A stretch of DNA of 45,330 nucleotides from Candidatus Heimdallarchaeota archaeon. Its GTDB lineage: Archaea; Asgardarchaeota; Heimdallarchaeia; Heimdallarchaeales; Heimdallarchaeaceae. Each line of letters begins with the position of its first letter. Within the stretch, counting starts at the first letter, position 1. Below the pieces are notes generated by a model that searched no databases, was not told where the DNA came from, and saw only the letters and a list, made by a program, of their open reading frames with translations. The DNA is taken from positions 1 through 45,330 of the forward strand of contig BPTM01000158.1 in the NCBI GenBank assembly GCA_023705945.1, in the 5' to 3' direction. Below, one piece after another: positions 7,019-15,911 of this stretch. The position numbers were made by a program, and so were the translations under genes.

Positions 7019-9340
7019 ATGAGTATAAAAGAACCACAAGCAGAACCACAAGCAGAACCACAAGCAGAACCAGAAGAAAGTGGGAAAAAGTGGAGTTATT
7101 GGGGTATTGGTTTACTCTTCTTTCTTGTATTCTTTGTTGCTTTAATGTTCATACTTGAAGCGGCAATGCAACCTCGAGAAAGTTTTACTTCAACATTAAT
7201 AGCCTACATATTAGGAATTGTAGGTCTAGCCATTTTTGCTGGTTTAGTACGTGATAAATCTAGAGTCCTTATATCTATACCATTATTACTGATAATTGTG
7301 TTTGGTACTGGTTACTTGTTTAACTATGTAATTCAAGCTCCAGTATACAATCCATTTGCTCCGGTATCAGAAAGAGCAGTTTTACTTCTTGATACTTTTG
7401 AGGATATGAATGAAACACTAACAGACATGGGGATGCCTGCAGATCTGAACTTGGAAGATGTTCGATATTTCAGTCAGTTTGCTTTTGTAATTGATTTGAT
7501 AATTGCTCTTCCGTTATTCTTATTCGGAACACTGGCGTTAACGTGGATGGTGCAAATCTTTACGATACGACCAACAATTTGGACGATACTATCAGTATTA
7601 TTTATGTTAGTATTCTTCTTCATTGGGTTAATCCTCACACCATTTATACATCTCCTCTTCTCAGGAGTTGTTGTAATAACAAGCGATATACTACCTGGCG
7701 CCCTTTACTTGGGACAAGGATTTAGTATTTTCGCAAACTTTGAGAATGCAACGCAAGAGGAAATGGATGAAGCAATAGCATCGTTCTACATGGCGGCTGA
7801 TTATTTCCAACAGAGTGCAGACAACTTATACGGTCTGCAAAGGGCAGGAATTATAGGGATATCTGCAGCTATTCCGGTATTAGGTGCGTTTATAGAAAAT
7901 ATATATTACGTCGCCTTAGCGGCGTTACACATAGCTTCTGGCCTAGGTCCATTTGCAAATGGTACGTTCTTTATTCTAGAGGGAATGGAAGATGCAATGA
8001 TCTCTTTTGGTGAAGGTGGAGGTTTCCTTAGAGCGAGAGACGGAACTATAACACAAATTGAAAGTGAAATTAATGATACTCGGTTTGAAGAAGGAATTGA
8101 TAAGGTAAATGAAGGTTTATTGATTCTAGGTAACAGTACTGATTACATTGATGATGCTTTAGAAGAATTGAGCCATGTGAATGTCACCGATATTGCTGAT
8201 GCAATAAGCGAACTCGAAGATTATGGAGTACCTCCTGATGTCGCTACATCAATACTTGACCAAGTCGATATGATTGATTCTTATCTATCAATTTTCGAAG
8301 GAGCAGTAAAAGTAATAGATGTTTTACTAACTAAACCAAGCGGAAGCGATTCAGCTACTTTGACACATTTCTTATATGGAGCCTATAGTTTATTCAAAGC
8401 TGGAGATGTAATAGGAACAACAACTACATTTTACAATGAAACAGAAGGAGTTGATACCTCAACGTATTTTGACGACGCATCTGCAAACTTCAGCATAGTA
8501 TATAATGAGCTTCTGGACCCAGAAGTGCAAGCAATAGCGAATTCAGATACACCAATACTTAACTCAACTGTTGCGTTCTTAACTGACATGGTTGGTTTAA
8601 CTGTACCAATGTGTTTATTAGGTGGTGATCTTGCAACCGTATTCTTTACAATGCAAGATACTATGAGTGTTTTTGATGATACAGCTTATGAGAATATTAC
8701 AGACTATTCACCACTGATTAATTCAATGGATGAATTAAGAACAACAACCAGTGACATGGTTGACGATGCTAATGCTACAGATACACAGATTAAAGATGTA
8801 AGAATCAAAGCTTCTACTAATGTATATGGAGAACTTAGTACGCCTGCTCTTGGTTTTACAGATCAGTTAATTCAATTCAACTTAACCCAGAATGTTTACA
8901 ATGCTAATAATATTGCAAACTCATTCTACTATATGTTTAGTGGATTAAGTCATCTGAGTTACAGTTTCAACAATATAACTGCAGGATATGAAGAATTCAA
9001 CAATACAAATTATGTACCGCCTTCCGACCCTAATGCCCAAGATCATTTCATCGCAGCTAATACATCATTACATGCATCAATTATTGACCTCACTGAAGCA
9101 ACCTACTATATGAATCAAACAGAAGCTGGAGGGATGACGCAATTGTCAGGAACAAGAGATGCACTATTAGGTATTCGAAATAGCTTATATGATACTTTAG
9201 ATGAAGTTGAGGTCATACTAGATATAGTAGATGATGGTGACCCAACTGCTAGACTTGCAGAATTCCAAACAGCTATCACTGATATAATTAACTCATTCTC
9301 TGGTGTCAACGGTCAACTTGATGATGTGAACGCGCAATAA
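7019..9340 (+). CDS. Large polytopic membrane protein with an N-terminal (EPQA)n repeat and a sequon-rich acidic extracellular domain
   Basis: 773 aa. The N-terminus is EPQAEPQAEPQAEPEE. At least 6 hydrophobic helices lie in residues ~25-310, followed by ~450 aa rich in D/N/T with many N-x-S/T sequons. No family assigned. Confidence 0.6.
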   Translation: MSIKEPQAEPQAEPQAEPEESGKKWSYWGIGLLFFLVFFVALMFILEAAMQPRESFTSTLIAYILGIVGLAIFAGLVRDKSRVLISIPLLLIIVFGTGYLFNYVIQAPVYNPFAPVSERAVLLLDTFEDMNETLTDMGMPADLNLEDVRYFSQFAFVIDLIIALPLFLFGTLALTWMVQIFTIRPTIWTILSVLFMLVFFFIGLILTPFIHLLFSGVVVITSDILPGALYLGQGFSIFANFENATQEEMDEAIASFYMAADYFQQSADNLYGLQRAGIIGISAAIPVLGAFIENIYYVALAALHIASGLGPFANGTFFILEGMEDAMISFGEGGGFLRARDGTITQIESEINDTRFEEGIDKVNEGLLILGNSTDYIDDALEELSHVNVTDIADAISELEDYGVPPDVATSILDQVDMIDSYLSIFEGAVKVIDVLLTKPSGSDSATLTHFLYGAYSLFKAGDVIGTTTTFYNETEGVDTSTYFDDASANFSIVYNELLDPEVQAIANSDTPILNSTVAFLTDMVGLTVPMCLLGGDLATVFFTMQDTMSVFDDTAYENITDYSPLINSMDELRTTTSDMVDDANATDTQIKDVRIKASTNVYGELSTPALGFTDQLIQFNLTQNVYNANNIANSFYYMFSGLSHLSYSFNNITAGYEEFNNTNYVPPSDPNAQDHFIAANTSLHASIIDLTEATYYMNQTEAGGMTQLSGTRDALLGIRNSLYDTLDEVEVILDIVDDGDPTARLAEFQTAITDIINSFSGVNGQLDDVNAQ
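7031..7072 (+). repeat. 12-bp in-frame tandem repeat (gaaccacaagca x3 plus a partial unit) encoding EPQA
   Basis: Units at 7031-7042, 7043-7054 and 7055-7066 are identical. The next unit degenerates to gaaccagaagaa. Confidence 0.9.
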
Positions 9341-9354
9341 ATGTATCATTATCT

Positions 9355-9374
9355 CTTTTCTTTCTTTTTTTTTC
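9355..9374 (+). terminator. Oligo-T tract after the 7019..9340 gene (archaeal-type terminator candidate)
   Basis: cttttctttctttttttttc lies 15 nt after the stop codon. Archaeal RNA polymerase terminates at oligo-T. Confidence 0.4.
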
Positions 9375-9477
9375 ACTTCTAACACCTTTTTGTATGTCTA
9401 TTTTTCTATTGCCTAAAGAGAATACCTTTTTTAATAAAACTGAACTATTTTATTAAAGATTTAAAAGGGATATCATT

Positions 9478-10776
9478 ATGAGTCCAATGAATGTTTTTCT
9501 AGCATATGACCACAGTAAAAACGAATTTAGTGAGATAAAAGAACAAACTAAATTCCAAAAAATTATGGAATCTGATGCTTCTGATATTAGTTCTCAACTG
9601 AGGAGCATGGATGTGGATGGCGTCCTAATCTTCAATCGAGATAAAAATGAATGGAATCTTATTTTTGGTAAACACGTTGGCCTTGTAGCTCAAAGAACAG
9701 GAAGACGCCAAGCTGATAATATTAGTAGAGCCGGTTTTCAGTTAGCAAATGGGGAAAGAGTTGGAGCAAAGAGTCGACTTGAACAACTTACTGAAGATAA
9801 TATAGGAGATTTAAACCTAACCGTTCAGCAGAAGTATATTGAAACAGATCTATCTGGATTTCAAGGAGATTCTAGACAAGATGCTTACCCAAGACAAGTG
9901 TTTTCTAGAGTAGAAAAACCAGTAGAAGAAACAAAACCTCAAGCTATTCCTGAGCAGAAGCTAGGTCCACCAACTGAGTATCCTGTAGACATGGAACCAG
10001 CTACTGGACCTGCAGTAGAGCCTGAACCTGTTGTTGTTTCTGAGCCTGAACCTGAACCTGAACCTGAGCCTGAGGCTGAACCTCAAACTCTTGTTTTTTC
10101 TGAGATTGAGCCAGTTATCGAAGAACCCGTTGTTGAGCCTGAAGCTGAACCCGTTGTTGAGCCTGAAGCTGAACCCGTTGTTGAGACTGAGGCTGAACCC
10201 GTTGTTGAGCCTGAAGCTGAACCCGTTGTTGTTGAAGCGACTGTCGAAGAACTTGTTGAGAAAACCTTAGAGGATACAATTGAAGATGTTGTAACTGAGG
10301 TTGTTGAAGATGTTGTCGACGATATTGCGGAAACAATTGCAAAGCGTGTAGCTGAAGAGGTAGGTGACGACGCACTCGAAGGGGTGGTTAAGGAAGCAAT
10401 TGAAGAAAAATCAGAAGAACTTGTTTCAAAGGTTGTCGAAGATGTTGTCGAAGAAGTAATTGAAGAAGCAAAAGAAGAAATTGCTGAATCTACAGAAGAC
10501 ACAGTTGAAGAGATTGTTGAAGAGATTGTTGAAGAAGTAACCGATGCCGTTGAGGAAACACTTGAGGACGACCTAGAAGAAATAGTTGAAAAGGTTGTTG
10601 AAGAAAATGTTGAAGACATAAGTCAAGAAGCTGCAGAACATCTTGCAGAAGATGTTGTCGAAGAAGTTTTGGAAGAAGCAGTAGAAGACATGGTTGAAGA
10701 AGCAGCAGAAGATGCAACTATAGAATTGTCTGAAGCAATAGAAAAATCTCTAAACGAAGAAACAGAAGATTCCTAA
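9478..10776 (+). CDS. Extremely acidic repeat protein: ~150-aa N-terminal domain, EP(V/E)-rich repeats, long E/V/D-rich tail
   Basis: 432 aa. It contains EPEPEPEPEPEAEPQ and four EPVVEPEA units, then about 200 aa of VEEVVEDVVEE-type low-complexity sequence. No TM segment and no family assigned. Confidence 0.6.
   Translation: MSPMNVFLAYDHSKNEFSEIKEQTKFQKIMESDASDISSQLRSMDVDGVLIFNRDKNEWNLIFGKHVGLVAQRTGRRQADNISRAGFQLANGERVGAKSRLEQLTEDNIGDLNLTVQQKYIETDLSGFQGDSRQDAYPRQVFSRVEKPVEETKPQAIPEQKLGPPTEYPVDMEPATGPAVEPEPVVVSEPEPEPEPEPEAEPQTLVFSEIEPVIEEPVVEPEAEPVVEPEAEPVVETEAEPVVEPEAEPVVVEATVEELVEKTLEDTIEDVVTEVVEDVVDDIAETIAKRVAEEVGDDALEGVVKEAIEEKSEELVSKVVEDVVEEVIEEAKEEIAESTEDTVEEIVEEIVEEVTDAVEETLEDDLEEIVEKVVEENVEDISQEAAEHLAEDVVEEVLEEAVEDMVEEAAEDATIELSEAIEKSLNEETEDS
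10123..10232 (+). repeat. 24-bp in-frame tandem repeat (gaacccgttgttgagcctgaagct, ~4.5 units) encoding EPVVEPEA
   Basis: Units start at 10123, 10147, 10171 (variant gagactgaggct) and 10195, with a partial unit at 10219. It is preceded by hexamer cctgaa/cctgag repeats at ~10038-10082. Confidence 0.9.
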
Positions 10777-10786
10777 AAATTCAAAC

Positions 10787-10813
10787 TTTTTTTTTATTTT
10801 TTATTTTATTGTT
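10787..10813 (+). terminator. Oligo-T tracts after the 9478..10776 gene
   Basis: tttttttttattttttattttattgtt begins about 10 nt after the stop codon. Confidence 0.4.
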
Positions 10814-10854
10814 TATCAAAAAAGGATTTATACTAAACTGATTTTTGTTAAATA

Positions 10855-11877
10855 ATGTCAGAAACTGTCTTAGCTATTCTTGCTGGAGGTTTATCAAGAA
10901 GATATCAAAAACAAAATTCAGAGATGCAAGACAAGATTTTATTATCACTTAATGATGAACCCTTTTTAATTAACCTGGTAAAAAAAAGCACTCTATTATA
11001 TGAAGAAACGGTATTATCCGTAAACTCTGCAGCTAGAAAGGAGGAATATAGTACAATACTTCAAAATTACAATCTTATGGATCAAATTGATTTTATCATA
11101 GATGATCAAAACAGTTCTTTCGAAGGTGTTATGCTTGGAATAGGTTCTGCTTTACGTTTATTACGAGGTAAAACTGTTCAACTTTTACCTTCTGATAGAC
11201 CATTTCTTATGCTATCCTTGCTAAAATCAATGAAAATCTGTAATGATGGGGTTAGTTTTTTCCAATCCGAGACAGGGATGATAGAACCACTATTAGCTCT
11301 TTATGGACCAAAAATATACTTCCCTAAGCAGTTTGAGGAATTATCTCTAGCAAGAGCAGATGTTTTGATGAGAACAGCTCCAATGTTGAAACTATATGAT
11401 AGCACTGCTATACTCGAAATGAATAATCTCCCAACTAAGACCTTTGACAATGTTAACATTCCGATAGAACTAAGAAAAAATGCAGTAGATATTCAAGAAT
11501 TTGATAAGATTGAAATGCCTTCACCCAAAACTATTACTCGCTCAGTAAAAAGCGTGGAACCAGAATCATTTGATAAATTACATCTTTATGATTTCATTGA
11601 AAAAATGAACGATTTGCACCATAATTATTCAGCATTTCTTTGGTCTAGGTACTTTAGAAAGTCATCTGCACTAACAGAGAAAAATTATGAGGAGTTAGCA
11701 AAAAATTCTTTAAAAGCTGAACACTTGTTTTGGAAAGATAACAACATACCCTTTTTTGAGTTGCATGCTTTGCAAGATTTAATATATTATTTCCCTGAAG
11801 AGAAAAAAGGTTCTATTTTAAAAAACGTCAAAGAACTCAAAAAGAAATTAAAAATAGAGCCTAGAATTATAAATTAA
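10855..11877 (+). CDS. MobA-like nucleotidyltransferase (molybdenum cofactor guanylyltransferase-like) with ~150-aa unassigned C-terminal extension
   Basis: 340 aa. N-terminal VLAILAGGLSRRY...QDKILL is the MobA/NTP_transf_3 signature. It is convergent with the molybdopterin enzyme FdhA. Confidence 0.65.
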   Translation: MSETVLAILAGGLSRRYQKQNSEMQDKILLSLNDEPFLINLVKKSTLLYEETVLSVNSAARKEEYSTILQNYNLMDQIDFIIDDQNSSFEGVMLGIGSALRLLRGKTVQLLPSDRPFLMLSLLKSMKICNDGVSFFQSETGMIEPLLALYGPKIYFPKQFEELSLARADVLMRTAPMLKLYDSTAILEMNNLPTKTFDNVNIPIELRKNAVDIQEFDKIEMPSPKTITRSVKSVEPESFDKLHLYDFIEKMNDLHHNYSAFLWSRYFRKSSALTEKNYEELAKNSLKAEHLFWKDNNIPFFELHALQDLIYYFPEEKKGSILKNVKELKKKLKIEPRIIN

Positions 11878-11922
11878 AATCACTAAAAAAATAGAAGAAT
11901 AAGTTTCTCCCTCGTTTTGAAA

Positions 11923-14637
11923 TTATACTTTGCCAACTTTAATTGCACAGACTTTGAATTCGGGGATTTTAGCAAGTGGATCCAAGGCATCATTGGTTAG
12001 CAAGTTAGCAGCAGACTCTTTATAATGAAAGGACATGAAAACAACTCCTTCTTGTATTTTGTCGGTTACCCTTGCAGTAGTCTCAATTTTGCCTCTTCTT
12101 GATTCAATGAAAATTTTGTCTCCATCCTTGATATTCAAACGTTCTGCATCAATAAGATTAATTTGACTTCTCTCAATTGGTCTACGTTCATCAAGACCTT
12201 TGGATCTTCTTGACATCTCTCCTGTGTGAAAATGATATAGGATACGACCAGTAGTTAAGATTAGAGGATATTCATCATCTGGTAACTCAGCAGGATCGAT
12301 ATAGGAAATTGTATGGAACTTACCTTTGCCTCTACTAAATTTATCTTGATGGAGGATTTTTGTTCCTGGGTGACTTTTGTCTTTGCATGGCCATTGTAAA
12401 CCATTTTCCTCAATTCTTGTGTAATCAATGCCTGCATAAATTGGAGAGATTTCAGAGATTTCATCCATAATCTCACTTGGATTTTGATAATCTGCTTTTA
12501 TTCCAAACCTGTTTAACATGATTTGCAGTATATCCCAATCATCCTTTCTATCTCCTATCTGCCCAACTACTTTCCGTACTCTCTGTACTCTTCTTTCAGT
12601 GTTAGTGAAAGTACCGTCTTTTTCAGCAAATGTTTTTCCTGGTAGGATTACATCAGCATATTTAGCAGTTTCAGTAATGAAAATGTCTTGAACAACGAGG
12701 AATTCTAATTTTTCAAGGGCCTTACGTACATGGTTGAGATTGGGATCGCTCAATGCTGGGTTCTCCCCCATTATATACATACCGCGAACCTTACCTTCAT
12801 CAGCTGCATGCATCATTTCAACTACAGTTAAACCAACTTTATCATCCAAATTAGAGACGTTCCATGCTTTTTCAAATTTCGCTTTAGCTTCCGAATCTGT
12901 GACTTTCTGATATCCTGGATAAACATTAGGTAAACCACCAAGATCACATGACCCTTGAACATTGTTTTGCCCTCGTAGTGGATTAACTCCAGCACCAGGA
13001 CGACCAATATTTCCTGTAATCATAGCCAAATTAGCAAGAGATAGAACATTATCTGTACCAGTTGTGTGTTGTGTGATTCCCATAGAATATACAATAGACG
13101 CCGTCTTTGCTTTGGCATATAGTCGAGCAGCTTCTTTTACATCATCGACTTTTAAATTAGCTATTTTACACAAAACTTCCAATGAGGTTCCTTCTAATTT
13201 CTTCCTAAGATCATCAAATCCTTCAGTTCTATTTTTAATAAATTCCTCGTCGTGAAGGTTTTCTTCAAGAATTACTTTCATAAAAGCGTTGATCAAGGCT
13301 ACATCTGAACCAGGTTTTTGTTGAAGATGAATTTCAGAATAATCAACAAGTTCAATTTTTCTGGGATCAGCAATTATCAATTTGGTTATACCTTTTGTAA
13401 CAGCTTGTTTAATCTTCATACCAATAACGGGATGGGCTTCAGTAGTATTGCTACCTATAACGAAAATAACCTCAGCATCATTTGTTAAATCACTGATACT
13501 GTTTGTCATAGCACCTGAGCCAAAAGCTCGTGCAAGACCTGTCACTGTTGAAGCATGGCATAAACGAGCACAATGATCCACATTATTTGTACCAACGGCA
13601 GCTCTAGCAAGTTTCTGCATGAGATAATTTTCTTCGTTAGTACATTTAGCAGAAGAGAGAAAAACTAGAGAATCAGGACCGCTCTCGTCTCGGATAGTTT
13701 TCAACTTATTTTCTATTAAATCAAATGCTTCATCCCAAGAAGCTTTAACAAATTCTCCATCTTTCTTGATTAAAGGAGAATCTAGTCTCTCAGGATGATT
13801 AACAAAATCCCACCCATATCGACCTTTAACACATAAAGCAATACCATTAACCACATTATCTAGGTTTGAATTAACAGTAACAATTTTCTCTGTTTCAGTA
13901 TCCACTACAACATCAAAGTTACATCCAACACCACAATATGCACATATCGTTGTCGCTTGACGAAGTTCACCAACCTTTTCAATTGCCAGTACATGATTGC
14001 TAACCAAAGCTCCTGCTGGACATACAGCTACACAATTACCACAAGCTACACAACCTGCTTCTTCAAAACTGGTACCAATCTTTGGGTGTGGGTGACCATC
14101 AAACTTTCCTCTTTCCATTGCTAAAACATTGCAAACCTGCAATTCTTCAGTAACTCTCACACACAGACCACATTTGATACAATTTTCATATCTTAAAGTG
14201 AAAAATTCATTTTTTTCTGATAATTCAACTGTTTTCTCAGCAATTTCAATAGGTTCTTCATCAACAAGATACTTCTTGGTAAGAACCTCTATTTTACATT
14301 CTTCATCTGTACCACAAACTACACAATCTTCAGTATGTAGCTTGGCCATTTTACTGATCAAAGCTTTTCTTGTTTTCTGAACTCTCTCAGATGTTGTGCT
14401 GATAATTACATTGTTTTTAGCATGTTCTTTGCAAGATGCAACGATTCGGGTTTTTTCTTCAAGCGTTTCTTCTATAACACAAACTCTACATTTACCTGCT
14501 GGTTCCAACGCTGGATGATGACAAACTGTTGGGATTTCAATACCATTCCTCTCAGCTATGTCTAGATAGGTTTCATCAGTGCGACACTCAACTTCTTTAC
14601 CATCAATTGTAATCTTAATATTCTCTGCTTTTGCCAT
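11923..14637 (-). CDS. fdhA: Formate dehydrogenase alpha subunit: N-terminal 2Fe-2S and 4Fe-4S modules fused to a molybdopterin catalytic domain, Cys type
   Basis: 904 aa. N-terminal Cys clusters are C..C..C for 2Fe-2S and CIKCGLCVRV and CVACGNCVAVCP for 4Fe-4S. The FdhF-like core contains TNNVDHCARLCHASTV and GVNPLRGQNNVQGSCDLGGLPNVYPGYQ. The active-site codon is TGC (13558-13560), not TGA. Confidence 0.9.
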   Translation of the reverse strand: MAKAENIKITIDGKEVECRTDETYLDIAERNGIEIPTVCHHPALEPAGKCRVCVIEETLEEKTRIVASCKEHAKNNVIISTTSERVQKTRKALISKMAKLHTEDCVVCGTDEECKIEVLTKKYLVDEEPIEIAEKTVELSEKNEFFTLRYENCIKCGLCVRVTEELQVCNVLAMERGKFDGHPHPKIGTSFEEAGCVACGNCVAVCPAGALVSNHVLAIEKVGELRQATTICAYCGVGCNFDVVVDTETEKIVTVNSNLDNVVNGIALCVKGRYGWDFVNHPERLDSPLIKKDGEFVKASWDEAFDLIENKLKTIRDESGPDSLVFLSSAKCTNEENYLMQKLARAAVGTNNVDHCARLCHASTVTGLARAFGSGAMTNSISDLTNDAEVIFVIGSNTTEAHPVIGMKIKQAVTKGITKLIIADPRKIELVDYSEIHLQQKPGSDVALINAFMKVILEENLHDEEFIKNRTEGFDDLRKKLEGTSLEVLCKIANLKVDDVKEAARLYAKAKTASIVYSMGITQHTTGTDNVLSLANLAMITGNIGRPGAGVNPLRGQNNVQGSCDLGGLPNVYPGYQKVTDSEAKAKFEKAWNVSNLDDKVGLTVVEMMHAADEGKVRGMYIMGENPALSDPNLNHVRKALEKLEFLVVQDIFITETAKYADVILPGKTFAEKDGTFTNTERRVQRVRKVVGQIGDRKDDWDILQIMLNRFGIKADYQNPSEIMDEISEISPIYAGIDYTRIEENGLQWPCKDKSHPGTKILHQDKFSRGKGKFHTISYIDPAELPDDEYPLILTTGRILYHFHTGEMSRRSKGLDERRPIERSQINLIDAERLNIKDGDKIFIESRRGKIETTARVTDKIQEGVVFMSFHYKESAANLLTNDALDPLAKIPEFKVCAIKVGKV

Positions 14638-14828
14638 AATTACACACCAAAGTTGGCAGTATAAGATAATGGGTTGACGCTAGACCGAAATAAAAAGTCT
14701 TTCTCTCAAGTTTGTTTTGTTTGAAAATGTACAATTGTTTTTTACGCAAGAATCAACAAACTTTATCTAGAAGATATTCTAAGTAATCACATCCTTAGCG
14801 AATAATTGCTATATTCAAGGGGTTAAAA

Positions 14829-15869
14829 ATGCTAAAAACATTGCATGAACTCATCTTTAAGAGTTCGCAAGAAATGAGCGGGATTGAAAATGAGTCAGTT
14901 CATCTCGTTGTAACTTCCCCACCATATCCATTAGTACAGCTTTGGAATGATGTTTTTGCTGAACAAAATCCCGCGATTAAGGACGCTTTAAATGAAGAAA
15001 ATGGAAATTTAGCTTTTGAATTGATGCATCAGGAGTTAGACAAGGTTTGGAATGAAATATATAGGGTTTTGAAACCAAGTGGAATAGTTTGCATCAATAT
15101 AGGTGATACTACACAAAGCATGGGTGGAAATTTTAAACTCTATCCATCGCATTCCAGGATAATCTCCCACTGCTGCAAGATAGGTTTAAGTTGTTTACCT
15201 TATATTGTTTGGAGTAAGCAAACAAATGCACCAAACAAATTTATGGGTTCGGGAATGTTACCGCCTGGTGGATATGTAACTTTAGAACACGAGTATATAC
15301 TTATTTTTAGAAAAGGTGGAAAAAGGGAGTTTAAAACAGATGAAGAGAAGCGAGAAAGATTTCTTAGCCCCTATTTCTGGGAGGAAAGAAACAGCTGGTT
15401 TTCAGATATATGGGACTTGCGTGGAGTACATCAATCTTTACGAAGTGGAAAACTAAGAGATAGAAGTGCTGCCTTTCCTTTTGAATTAGCTTATAGACTA
15501 ATCAATATGTTTTCACTAAAAGGAGACGTGGTCTTAGATCCTTTTTTAGGTACAGGAACTACAATCTTGGCTGCTATGGCTTCTGCAAGGAATAGTATAG
15601 GTATAGAAATAGAAGAGAATTTTAAGGAAGTTATACAAAAAGGAATCAATGAGATTGTTGAATTTGCTAATGAATACAATGAAGAAAGAATTCAACGACA
15701 TGAAGAATTTATTTCAAAAAGATTTGAGAAAAATGGAGAAATTAAGCATACAAATGAACACTACAGGTTTCCAGTTATTACTAAACAAGAGCTTAAACTT
15801 AAACTGGATATATTGAAGTGCATAAAAAAAATTGAAGAAAGCTGTTTTGAAGTCGAATATGCCAATTAA
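14829..15869 (+). CDS. Beta-class N4/N6 DNA methyltransferase (N6_N4_Mtase family)
   Basis: 346 aa. Catalytic motif IV VVTSPPYP is near the N-terminus and the AdoMet motif I VLDPFLGTGTT is near the C-terminus. That order is the beta-class permutation. Confidence 0.85.
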   Translation: MLKTLHELIFKSSQEMSGIENESVHLVVTSPPYPLVQLWNDVFAEQNPAIKDALNEENGNLAFELMHQELDKVWNEIYRVLKPSGIVCINIGDTTQSMGGNFKLYPSHSRIISHCCKIGLSCLPYIVWSKQTNAPNKFMGSGMLPPGGYVTLEHEYILIFRKGGKREFKTDEEKRERFLSPYFWEERNSWFSDIWDLRGVHQSLRSGKLRDRSAAFPFELAYRLINMFSLKGDVVLDPFLGTGTTILAAMASARNSIGIEIEENFKEVIQKGINEIVEFANEYNEERIQRHEEFISKRFEKNGEIKHTNEHYRFPVITKQELKLKLDILKCIKKIEESCFEVEYAN

Positions 15870-15911
15870 TCCCTAAATTTATTATACGTGTTTTTCTGTA
15901 TCTTCATAACA

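Noticed and set aside
10123-10232. Regular 24-bp direct repeats that at first glance resemble a short CRISPR-like array.
   Set aside because: The units are contiguous with no spacers, in frame, and encode EPVVEPEA inside a long ORF. No cas genes are present.
10031-10717. Four tracked ORFs inside or antisense to the acidic-repeat gene (10031-10270 +, 10083-10619 -, 10115-10375 -, 10490-10717 -), encoding Leu-, Ser/Thr- or Gln-rich low-complexity peptides.
   Set aside because: They are alternative-frame or antisense readings of GAA/GTT-rich repeats, which stay open by composition alone. The sense frame 9478-10776 is longer and has a non-repeat N-terminal domain.
13558-13560. Possible selenocysteine recoding in formate dehydrogenase.
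   Set aside because: The codon aligned with the FdhF Sec position is TGC (Cys). There is no in-frame TGA and no break in the ORF.
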